Source: an uncultured Gemmatimonadota bacterium
GTDB lineage: Bacteria; SM23-81; DAOVCL01
Reading direction: 5' to 3'
NCBI GenBank assembly: GCA_964626665.1
Contig: CAZVGK010000052.1
Location: forward strand, 1-13,093
Length of the DNA stretch: 13,093 nucleotides
Translations under genes and position numbers: made by a program
In this document: piece by piece, positions 1-7,354 of the stretch
How positions within the stretch are numbered: position 1 is the stretch's first letter
Layout: every line of letters starts with the position of its first letter
The notes under the pieces: model-generated
Told to the model about the DNA's origin: nothing
Seen by the model: only the letters and a program-made list of their open reading frames with translations
Databases searched by the model: none

Positions 1-300
1 AGTTCCTATCAGTTCCATTTGGTATCTTGCCACTGCCTTAGACCCCGTCGGGTTCTCGTAACCTCGCCACTCTCGGTTAAGAGAATACTGCCTGCTGCCA
101 AATGAAGGGCATCGGCCTCCAAGACGCTGGTTATTTCGGGGCTCAATACATTCACTCTCGTTGCGGCCCGATACCTCCCGCCTCCCAGCTTCACACAGCT
201 CGTTACCTCCCTGTGCGTGGGATTTGGTGCTGGGCTGGTGGCTAACCTTTGCCCAGACCAGACTTGCACTGGTAAGAACTAATAAGCTTCCTCGGCGCAC
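1..300 (-). mobile_element. Group II intron, 5' part (domain I; IIB-like bacterial class), truncated by window edge
   Basis: Minus strand starts at 300 with the consensus 5' boundary GTGCG(CCGAG). It carries domain-I-like motifs (AGTGCAAGTCTGGT, TTGAGCCCCGAAAT, GCCGA-TGCC-loop-GGCA-GCAGGC) and ends in GGAACT at the edge. Loop UCAUUU (105-100) pairs with the last 6 exon nt AGAUGG (306-301), as expected for EBS1/IBS1. RT ORF and domains V/VI are outside the window; subclass is from recall of motifs and is not certain. Confidence 0.88.
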
Positions 301-320
301 CCATCTTTCTTCCCTCCTCC
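301..320 (-). CDS. 5' exon stub of an intron-interrupted, cassette-like gene: RBS plus ATG-G
   Basis: Minus strand reads GGAGGAGGG (320-312)-AAGAAAG-ATG (304-302)-G, then the intron boundary. Product unknown because the 3' exon is outside the window. Confidence 0.6.
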
Positions 321-340
321 ATTTCTCAATAACCAATTTC

Positions 341-453
341 GCCTAACTCGTTTATATCCGCATTGCAGATATTCCTCCAATTTAGGGGTATATACGCAAT
401 GCATATATCCTTCCGATTTGGTGGTATATGCGCACTATTACAGATATACCACC
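341..453 (-). other. Putative attI-like recombination site with GTTRRRY core
   Basis: GTTAGGC at 347-341 (minus). It is preceded by roughly 18-bp periodic TATA/GATAT boxes, a perfect 10-bp inverted repeat GGTGGTATAT/ATATACCACC (420-429/444-453) and an imperfect IR centred on GCATTGC/GCAATGC (360-366/396-402). Lies directly 3' of the integrase stop. Confidence 0.62.
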
Positions 454-466
454 CTATGGATGAGTC

Positions 467-1558
467 TTATTTACCTCTTGGTGCACCACCTCCTTTCTCC
501 TTATTTTGAAATATCTCATCCAATGGGCTTCTTATCGCCATAAGAGCTTTGTTGGTTACATGAGTATAAATTTCTGTAGTCTTGCTGCTCTTGTGTCCTA
601 AAAGTTCCTGAATGTATCTTAAGTCTACCCCATTTTCTAAAAGATGAGTGGCAAAACTATGTCTTAAACTATGTATTCCAACATTCTTTCTTATATCCAC
701 TTTCTGTATGGCTTGCTCAAATATTGCTTGTGCTGTCCTTGTAGAAATGTAACCGCCAAGTTTTGCCCCAGGGAACAACCACCCTTTAGGTTGATACTTC
801 TTGCAATATTCTCTAAGAACCTGAAGAGCTTTCTCTGAAAGTATCGTATATCTGTCTTTTCTTCCCTTTGCTCCTTTGATATGGATCAACTTCCTCTTAC
901 TATCAATATCCTCGAGTTTTAATTTTACCACCTCACTTACTCGCAAGCCCGCAGAATATACCAGCATCAAGATTGCTTTATGTTTGAAGTTATCAACATT
1001 AGACAAGATTCTTGCTACTTCCTCCTTGCTCAACACCACAGGTAATTTCTTATCTTTGCGGGGACGCTTTATCTCATAAGTAAATTTCCTCTTGAGGATA
1101 GTGCTATAATAAAATTTCAAGGCATTAATGGCGGAGTTAAGTGTTGAAACGGCAACTCTCTTCTTTTCCACAAGGTGGAAAAGATAATCCTTAATGTCTC
1201 CTTCTGTAACATCCTCTGGCTTTTTGCCAGTGACATCTATAAAATTCGTGTTGTAATAAATATAGGCTTTGATTGTTCTTGGGCTGTATCTCCTTGATAC
1301 CATTTCTTTTCGTAAGTCCTTAAAGAAAGTCTTATCTCGTCTTAAAGCAGGATCAATCCAAACAGGATCATGCTTGAAAATATCAAGGAGCCTTTTTATT
1401 ATAACCTCAGAATGCGGGAAAATCCAGCACTTTCGTTTGGGATCCCACCTGTATCCCCTTATGCTCTTAACCTTTTCGATATAGATGAGATTATAGGGGA
1501 TAAAAACTGTAATTTTGTCCTCCTGCCCGATGGTTATTTTGATCTCGCTCTTTTTCAT
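467..1558 (-). CDS. Tyrosine recombinase, integron-integrase-like (N-terminal HARP-like extension + SAM-like domain + catalytic domain)
   Basis: Complete catalytic set: GLRVSE, KGRKDR, HSLRHSFATHLLE, LLGH, EIYTHV. Also IntI-like YSPRTIKAY, KLPVVLSKEEV and C-terminal SPLD. Visibly AT-richer than the housekeeping genes. Confidence 0.93.
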   Translation of the reverse strand: MKKSEIKITIGQEDKITVFIPYNLIYIEKVKSIRGYRWDPKRKCWIFPHSEVIIKRLLDIFKHDPVWIDPALRRDKTFFKDLRKEMVSRRYSPRTIKAYIYYNTNFIDVTGKKPEDVTEGDIKDYLFHLVEKKRVAVSTLNSAINALKFYYSTILKRKFTYEIKRPRKDKKLPVVLSKEEVARILSNVDNFKHKAILMLVYSAGLRVSEVVKLKLEDIDSKRKLIHIKGAKGRKDRYTILSEKALQVLREYCKKYQPKGWLFPGAKLGGYISTRTAQAIFEQAIQKVDIRKNVGIHSLRHSFATHLLENGVDLRYIQELLGHKSSKTTEIYTHVTNKALMAIRSPLDEIFQNKEKGGGAPRGK

Positions 1559-1579
1559 CCTAAAGCTTTGCTTCTGCTT

Positions 1580-2140
1580 TTATTTCGCCCTTTCCCCTTT
1601 GTAATACCTATCCTTCTCGCTATAGATGCAGCCGCAATATTGCTGGCGGTAGAGGCCAAGCTCCTTGGAAACCTGTAGCCCCTCCTTCCATCCATTCCTC
1701 CAGTCCTCAAAGAGGAAGGGGACCTCATATTCGGAGGCCAACTGCTTGCCAATGTGACCCAGGGCCTCAAACTCCTGATGGTTGCTCTGCAGAAGGGTGG
1801 TGGTGAAGTAGTCAAACTTGCCCTTTTTAGCCACCTTTGCCGCCTCGGTAAGCCTCATTGCATAGCAGAACTGACACCTGTCGGCCTCCCTATAGACAAC
1901 CCTACGGAGGAACCCCTCCAGATCATAGTCGTTCTTATAGATCATCCGCAGCCCCTTCTTCTCTGAGAAGAGCTTTACCGAGTCAAGCCTTTTTTTGTAT
2001 TCCAGATAGGGGTGAATGTTGGGGTTATACCAGAAGCCGAAAAGATTTGCTCCCGCCTCGGTGAGTAGCTTAAATGGGTAGGCTGCGCAGGGGGCACAGC
2101 AGATGTGTAAGAGGACCTTTTGGGCAGATAGGTCTATCAT
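1580..2140 (-). CDS. queH: Epoxyqueuosine reductase QueH (DUF208)
   Basis: LLHICCAPC, YNPNIHP.EY.KR, RC.FCY.MRL, FTTTL and LYRQ.YCGC motifs. Confidence 0.92.
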   Translation of the reverse strand: MIDLSAQKVLLHICCAPCAAYPFKLLTEAGANLFGFWYNPNIHPYLEYKKRLDSVKLFSEKKGLRMIYKNDYDLEGFLRRVVYREADRCQFCYAMRLTEAAKVAKKGKFDYFTTTLLQSNHQEFEALGHIGKQLASEYEVPFLFEDWRNGWKEGLQVSKELGLYRQQYCGCIYSEKDRYYKGERAK

Positions 2141-2232
2141 TAGGATTGGTAAAACGGCTCAGGGCAGATTCTTTCGGACAAGCCTAAAGGTGGTGATGCT
2201 TGAATTGGACATAATCTTCACTCTCTCCTTGG

Positions 2233-2255
2233 TCCTCCCCCATCAAGGGGGAGGA
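2233..2255. repeat. GC-rich extragenic palindrome
   Basis: TCCTCCCCC-ATCAA-GGGGGAGGA: perfect 9-bp stem, 5-nt loop, between ruvB and queH; no convincing U tract. Confidence 0.6.
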
Positions 2256-2330
2256 AATCGGTTCTGCTGGATGGTCGTGGGGGACGCACCCATCCCAACT
2301 CCTCCCTGGCTGAACAAGATTTCACTTTAA

Positions 2331-3350
2331 CTATAAGAGCCTCCCTTGTATATCACCCTTTCCCTCTAAGCCTAGATGTCTGTAAGCATTTTCGGTGGCC
2401 TCCCTGCCTCGCAGGGTGCGGTTGATAAAGCCCTCCTGGATGAGGTAGGGTTCATAGACCTCTTCAATCGTCTCCCTCTCCTCTCCTACGGCTACGGCCA
2501 AAGAACCTATCCCCACCGGGCCCCCATTGAACTTATTGATAATCACCTCCAGAATCCTCTTGTCCATCTCATCCAAACCCGATTCATCAACCTCCATCAT
2601 CTTTAAAGCCTGATCGGCTATTCGTTGGTCTATCTTCCCATCCCCCTTTATCTGGGCGAAGTCCCGCACCCGCCGCAGGAGGCGATTGGCCACCCGAGGG
2701 GTTCCCCGGGAGCGACGGGCTATCTCCTGGGCACCAGCGGAGTCCACCTCCACCCCAAGGATTTTGGCTGATCTGTTCACGATGTGGAAAAGCTCTCCAG
2801 GCTCATAGTAGTTTAGCCTTCCCACCACCCCAAACCTGGCCCGTAGAGGGGAGGTGAGAAGTCCAGCCCGGGTGGTGGCCCCGATGAGGGTAAAATGTTG
2901 CAGGTTGATCTTCACTGACCTGGCCTGGGGACCTCTGTCAATCATAATGTCCAGGGTATAATCCTCCATTGCCGGGTAGAGATATTCCTCCACCACCCTG
3001 TTTAACCGGTGGATCTCGTCAATGAAGAGGATGTTCCCCTCCTTAAGGTCAGTAAGCAGACCGGCTAAATCCCCTGGCCTCTCTAAGACCGGACCAGAGG
3101 TCGCCCTAATATCGGTTTCCATCTCCCTGGCGATGATGTAAGCCAGGGTTGTCTTCCCCAACCCTGGGGGGCCATAGAAGAGAACATGGTCTAAGGCCTC
3201 GTTTCTCCCTTTGGCTGCCTGGATGAAGACATCCAGGTTTTCCTTAAGCTTCCTCTGGCCGACGAAGTCCGCAAACCTCTTGGGACGCAGGGTCCTGTCG
3301 AACTCCAGGTCATCATCGATAGGCTCAGGGAGGGTAATCCTCTCAGACAT
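2331..3350 (-). CDS. ruvB: Holliday junction branch migration ATPase RuvB
   Basis: LRP..F.DFVGQ, Walker [36 protein letters not shown] motifs. Confidence 0.98.
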   Translation of the reverse strand: MSERITLPEPIDDDLEFDRTLRPKRFADFVGQRKLKENLDVFIQAAKGRNEALDHVLFYGPPGLGKTTLAYIIAREMETDIRATSGPVLERPGDLAGLLTDLKEGNILFIDEIHRLNRVVEEYLYPAMEDYTLDIMIDRGPQARSVKINLQHFTLIGATTRAGLLTSPLRARFGVVGRLNYYEPGELFHIVNRSAKILGVEVDSAGAQEIARRSRGTPRVANRLLRRVRDFAQIKGDGKIDQRIADQALKMMEVDESGLDEMDKRILEVIINKFNGGPVGIGSLAVAVGEERETIEEVYEPYLIQEGFINRTLRGREATENAYRHLGLEGKGDIQGRLL

Positions 3351-3927
3351 ACCTTAAAACCTCCCTGATCAGTTCCTCCACCGATAGGTGACCTTTGGCC
3401 TTGGCCAGGACCTTTTTTAGTGCCCTATTGGCTTGGTCTCTCTTGTACCCCAATGACAACAAGGCAAGGATAGCCTCTTCCTCAGGTTCCCCCCCCTTCT
3501 CTAAGGGCCTCTCCCGCCACCCCTCCCCTCCGAATTTCTCCTTTAGCTCTACCACTATCCTCTGGGCGGTTTTCTTCCCTACCCCGGGAATAGCGATCAG
3601 GGAATCCACATCCCCCTGGGCCACATATCTCTGGAAATCACCCACCTCTATCCCGGAGAGTATCCCCTGAGCCAGCCTGGGCCCAATACCGGAGATGCTG
3701 ATCAGGCTTTCGAAGAGTGACCTCTCCTCCTGGGTGAAAAAACCGTAAAGTTGGATGAGATCCTGCCTGAGGTGGAGATAGGTAAGGATCCTTATCCTCT
3801 CCCCTACCTCCCCCAACCTCTCATAGGTGGAAAGGGGAATCCTCACCAACCAGCCCACACCATTGACCTGGAGGACTATCTGGGTAGGGCTCTTGGCCTC
3901 AAGCCTCCCCTCTAAATAGGAGATCAT
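3343..3927 (-). CDS. ruvA: Holliday junction branch migration protein RuvA
   Basis: [20 protein letters not shown] and [17 protein letters not shown] HhH motifs, C-terminal ALLSLGY; overlaps ruvC and ruvB. Confidence 0.97.
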   Translation of the reverse strand: MISYLEGRLEAKSPTQIVLQVNGVGWLVRIPLSTYERLGEVGERIRILTYLHLRQDLIQLYGFFTQEERSLFESLISISGIGPRLAQGILSGIEVGDFQRYVAQGDVDSLIAIPGVGKKTAQRIVVELKEKFGGEGWRERPLEKGGEPEEEAILALLSLGYKRDQANRALKKVLAKAKGHLSVEELIREVLRYV

Positions 3928-4406
3928 CTTCCCCCTGCCTGAAGTGAAAAACTGTGGGTATAACAGATGGCTGCGGCCAGGGCATCGGCAGCGTGGTCTG
4001 GTTGAGGAATTTCCTTTAATCCCAAAAGGTTCTTTACCATAAACTGCACTTGGCTCTTGGAAGCCCCCCCATATCCAACCACAGCCTGTTTGATCTGCCG
4101 CGGGGAATATTCCGTGAGTGGTATCCCCGAAAGGACAGCCGCTAAGCCAATTATCCCCCTGACCTCCCCAATGGAAAGGGTAAATTTCACATTCCTCTGG
4201 AGAAAGACCCCCTCCACAACAAGCTCCTCTGGGGACCTGGCCTCAATCAATCCCCTAATCCCCTCAAAGATCTCCTTTAACCTCAACGGACGGGAGGAAG
4301 GAGAAGGAAGAACCCCAAAGTCAAGGGCCTGCAGCTTGGTCCCATTGGCCTCGATCAGGCCAAAGCCCGTGGCCAATAGCCCTGGATCTATCCCCAAAAT
4401 CCTCAT
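3924..4406 (-). CDS. ruvC: Crossover junction endodeoxyribonuclease RuvC
   Basis: MRILGIDPG, VVE, EYSP.QIK.AV.GYG.ASK.QV, DHAADALA motifs. Confidence 0.97.
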   Translation of the reverse strand: MRILGIDPGLLATGFGLIEANGTKLQALDFGVLPSPSSRPLRLKEIFEGIRGLIEARSPEELVVEGVFLQRNVKFTLSIGEVRGIIGLAAVLSGIPLTEYSPRQIKQAVVGYGGASKSQVQFMVKNLLGLKEIPQPDHAADALAAAICYTHSFSLQAGGR

Positions 4407-4688
4407 AAATTCAAACGCCCCTTTCCGGTAAACCCTTGGGCTATCTTAACAGGATTTACAGGATTTTTGTTATAGTTTTAATGAAGCTACTTCAAATGCT
4501 TAAAGGTTGCCCCCTCTGTTATCGTAACCCGCATTTGAACCATAACACTCAAATCAGTTGCCAGCAAGATATTTAAATTGGGGGAGATGTTTCCAGGTTT
4601 TTTCGCCAGAGCTGTCAGGAGGTAACTCCGGACAGCACCTTAACAACCTGAACCATTCATTAATAATTGCCTTATTTCCCGCTTACTG

Positions 4689-4729
4689 AAGCCTGCGGCT
4701 ACCCATTGGAGGGCTTTTGCAGTTGAGCC
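4689..4729. repeat. Partial (right-end) copy of the miniature element at 12209-12339
   Basis: AAGCCTGCGGCTACC-N11-TTTTGCAG, same sequence and spacing as 12299-12332. Confidence 0.7.
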
Positions 4730-4789
4730 TATGCTCCAATTTGGCGGAATTTTTTGACAAAGTTTTTCAGGTAGGCTTGAGCAGTCAAC

Positions 4790-4878
4790 TTCTACCGCAC
4801 TTTAGTGCGGGTTCAGGGCCTTTAGGCCCAACTTATTGAGGGCTAAAGCCCTCTTACCCCGGCTAAAGCCGGGTAGAA
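4790..4878. repeat. REP/PATE-like cluster of four hairpins with TTTA/TAAA loops
   Basis: CCGCAC-TTTA-GTGCGG (4795-4810), GGGCC-TTTA-GGCCC (4816-4829), GAGGGC-TAAA-GCCCTC (4838-4853), CCCGGC-TAAA-GCCGGG (4858-4873), enclosed by TTCTACC/GGTAGAA. Confidence 0.8.
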
Positions 4879-5068
4879 ACCGCAGACTCACGCAGATTCT
4901 CCCGCACTTCAGGGCAGGGTTAAGGGCCAATGAAGAAATCCTCATGGCGAATGACGAAACGGATCGAGCCCAAACAGTTCCCCGAGTAATGGTCTACTTC
5001 TTAGGGCGACAAGTAACGAGTTACGATCTACGATAGTAGTTTCTAATCAGTGAAATCCCTGGCTGTGG

Positions 5069-5114
5069 TTTATACCCAATTTAGGCCTATGTCTGGGTCC
5101 AAAATGGGTATAAA
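5069..5114. repeat. Inverted repeat just downstream of yebC (terminator-like hairpin or tiny MITE)
   Basis: Perfect 10-bp IR TTTATACCCA/TGGGTATAAA with further imperfect pairing inside. Confidence 0.6.
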
Positions 5115-5125
5115 GGCCATCAAAC

Positions 5126-5872
5126 CTAACTGGTGCTTACCTCCTCCATTATGGAGATATCTATATCGAAGTTGCAGTAAACATTCTGCACATCATCATG
5201 ATCCTCCAGGGCCTCCATTAGCTTAAGGGTTTGCTCGGCTGCCTTACCTTCCAACTTTATGGTAGATTGGGGGATACGGGTGATCTGGGTGGATTGATAC
5301 TCTATCCCCCCCTCTTCCAGCTTCTTTTTAACCGCCTCCAGGTTCTCAATGGATGTGATTATCTCATAGCCGCCATCCTCTGACCTCAGATCCTCTGCCC
5401 CCGCTTCCAGGGCCAGGGCCATCAGATCATCCTCATTGGCCTTCTCCACGGAGATGACTCCTTTCTGATCAAACATCCAGGCCACAGATCCGGTCTCCCC
5501 TAAGTGGCCATTGTGCTTGGAGAGGATGTATCTTATATCGGAGACAGTTCTTTTCTTGTTGTCGGTTAAAGATTCTATAAGCAGGGCCACCCCCTGGGGG
5601 CCGTACCCCTCATAAATCACTTCCTCATAGATGGTCCCGGGAAGCTCCCCTGTTCCCTTCTTTATGGCCCGATCGATGTTGGCCTGAGGCATATTTGAGG
5701 CCTTGGCACTTTGGATTGCCGTTCTCAGCCTGGGATTGGCCTCTGGGTCACCCCCTCCCTGACGGGCAGCCACGGTAATCTCCTTAATCAGCTTGGTAAA
5801 GACCTTTCCCCTCTTAGCATCCTCCTTCTCCTTCTTCCTCTTTATGGTGCTCCATTTGGAGTGTCCAGACAT
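5126..5872 (-). CDS. yebC: YebC/PmpR family protein (248 aa)
   Basis: MSGHSKW start with SD AAAGGAGG; NPRLR, NMP, YEGYGP.G, TDN..RT and DDVQNVY motifs. Start reassigned from 5986 to 5872. Confidence 0.96.
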   Translation of the reverse strand: MSGHSKWSTIKRKKEKEDAKRGKVFTKLIKEITVAARQGGGDPEANPRLRTAIQSAKASNMPQANIDRAIKKGTGELPGTIYEEVIYEGYGPQGVALLIESLTDNKKRTVSDIRYILSKHNGHLGETGSVAWMFDQKGVISVEKANEDDLMALALEAGAEDLRSEDGGYEIITSIENLEAVKKKLEEGGIEYQSTQITRIPQSTIKLEGKAAEQTLKLMEALEDHDDVQNVYCNFDIDISIMEEVSTS

Positions 5873-5908
5873 TTCTCCTCCTTTCTGACAGGATTTATAG
5901 GCTCTAAA

Positions 5909-6016
5909 CAGCGACTGAACGGTTAGATCCCCTCCCCTGACCTGGACAGAAGAGGGTTCTGCCGCCTCACCTTTCATCATCCACATCTTCCAGCAGGTTA
6001 GACAAACTCACTGGAA
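5909..6016 (-). ncRNA. Unidentified structured element, copy A
   Basis: Homologous to 12350-12475 (+): 20/26 identical in the 5' block and 47/67 in the 3' block by manual alignment, with conserved stems. Whether it is transcribed is unknown. Confidence 0.5.
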
Positions 6017-6052
6017 GGTTGTGAACAGATCGGGTTGCCTATCTAGATTCCT

Positions 6053-7354
6053 CTATATCTTGGTTACCTTCTCTTTTCCCTCCTCTATTCCGCGAGTGGC
6101 GTTTCTGGTGTCCACCACCAGCCGGGAATGTTTCACTATCCAGTTGTAGTCATAAGAGGAGTGATCGGTAACGATGACCACGCAGTCGGTCCCCTGCAGA
6201 AGTTCCTCATCAAGCTCCTGGGATTGGAGGGAGTAGCCATTGAGGGCCAGCTTGGGAACATAGGGGTCATTGTAGCGCACTTGGGCTCCCTTGGAGATGA
6301 GCAGCTTGAGGACATCTAAGGCCGGTGATTCCCTGATGTCCCCGATGTCCCTCTTATAGGCCACCCCTAAACAGAGGATCTGGGAACCCTTGAGCGACTT
6401 CTCCACCCCATTGAGCACTTCTCCCACCTTTCCCAAAACATAATAAGGCATACTGGAGTTAATATCCCCAGCCAGTTCAATGAAACGGGCATAGTAGTTA
6501 AGGGTTTTTAGCTTCCAGGCGAGGTAATGGGGATCGATGGGGATACAATGGCCTCCCAGTCCCGGACCTGGATAGAAGGGCATATAACCAAAGGGCTTGG
6601 ATGCCGCCGCATCGATTATCTCCCAGACATCTATCCCCAATCGGTCACACATCAGGGCCACCTCATTGACCAGTCCGATGTTCACACTCCTAAAGGTGTT
6701 CTCCAAGAGCTTGACCATCTCCGCAGATTTGCCGGAGGAGACGGGAACAACCTTCTCAATGAACTGTTGATAAAAGAGGGTGGCAACCTCAGTGCATTCC
6801 TGGGTAACCCCACCTACCACTCTTGGAGTGTTCTTCACCTTGTAGACTGGATTTCCCGGGTCTATCCTCTCCGGGGAGAAGGCCAGGAAGAAGTCCCGCC
6901 CCGCCTTCAATCCGGTCTCCTCCAATATGGGGAGGAGAAGCTCCTCTGTCGTTCCCGGATAGGTCGTCGATTCTAAGACCACCAATTGGTCTTGATGGAG
7001 GTATTTCTTTATCTCCTTTACTGCATTGAGGATAAAGGAGACATCGGGGTCCTTGGTCTTGGAGAGGGGAGTGGGAACGCAAATATTGACCACATCGCTC
7101 TCTTTCAGGATGGCAAAGTCTGTTGTCGCCCGCAAGGAACCCGCCTTAACCAGCCCGCCCAACTCCTCCTCCTCCACATCGGCTACATCGGATCTCCCCG
7201 AATTCACTAAGTTTACCTTCTCCTCCTTGATGTCTATCCCCTTCACCATAAATCCTACCTTACTCAGTTCAACGGCCAAGGGAAGGCCCACATAACCCAT
7301 CCCAATTACGGAGACCAAAGCCTTCTTAGAGCCTATCTTATCTTTTAAATTCAC
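6053..7354 (-). CDS. Nucleotide-sugar dehydrogenase (UDP-GlcNAc 6-dehydrogenase, WbpA/WecC/TviB family)
   Basis: GMGYVGLP, ICVPTP, LESTTYPGTT, SPERIDPG, KLLENTFR, GGHCIPIDP, AYK.D..D.RESP motifs. Confidence 0.93.
   Translation of the reverse strand: MNLKDKIGSKKALVSVIGMGYVGLPLAVELSKVGFMVKGIDIKEEKVNLVNSGRSDVADVEEEELGGLVKAGSLRATTDFAILKESDVVNICVPTPLSKTKDPDVSFILNAVKEIKKYLHQDQLVVLESTTYPGTTEELLLPILEETGLKAGRDFFLAFSPERIDPGNPVYKVKNTPRVVGGVTQECTEVATLFYQQFIEKVVPVSSGKSAEMVKLLENTFRSVNIGLVNEVALMCDRLGIDVWEIIDAAASKPFGYMPFYPGPGLGGHCIPIDPHYLAWKLKTLNYYARFIELAGDINSSMPYYVLGKVGEVLNGVEKSLKGSQILCLGVAYKRDIGDIRESPALDVLKLLISKGAQVRYNDPYVPKLALNGYSLQSQELDEELLQGTDCVVIVTDHSSYDYNWIVKHSRLVVDTRNATRGIEEGKEKVTKI

Noticed and set aside
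9-346. ORFs 9-269 (-) and 161-346 (+)
   Set aside because: They lie within intron domain I and the att region and have no protein motifs.
341-466. Canonical attC site or CRISPR array
   Set aside because: No RYYYAAC inverse core pairing with GTTAGGC between the integrase stop and the core; repeats are degenerate with no unique spacers.
4475-4490. TTTTAATGAAGC resembling the 5' strand of a twister ribozyme
   Set aside because: No P4 loop (GUCCNAAGC-like) or matching 3' strand and pseudoknot nearby.
4925-4995. Hammerhead-like TGAAGA...GAAAC...GTA
   Set aside because: Conserved C3 is missing and stems II and III do not pair next to the core.
4836-5036. 66-aa + strand ORF
   Set aside because: Runs through palindromic and tandem repeats, TTG start, no homologous motif.
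5873-5986. 38-aa N-terminal extension of YebC in the ORF track
   Set aside because: The family start MSGHSKW with a strong SD is at 5872; the extension overlaps the structured element.
6527-7295. Several antisense and alternative-frame ORFs over the dehydrogenase gene
   Set aside because: Shadow ORFs of a well-conserved gene.
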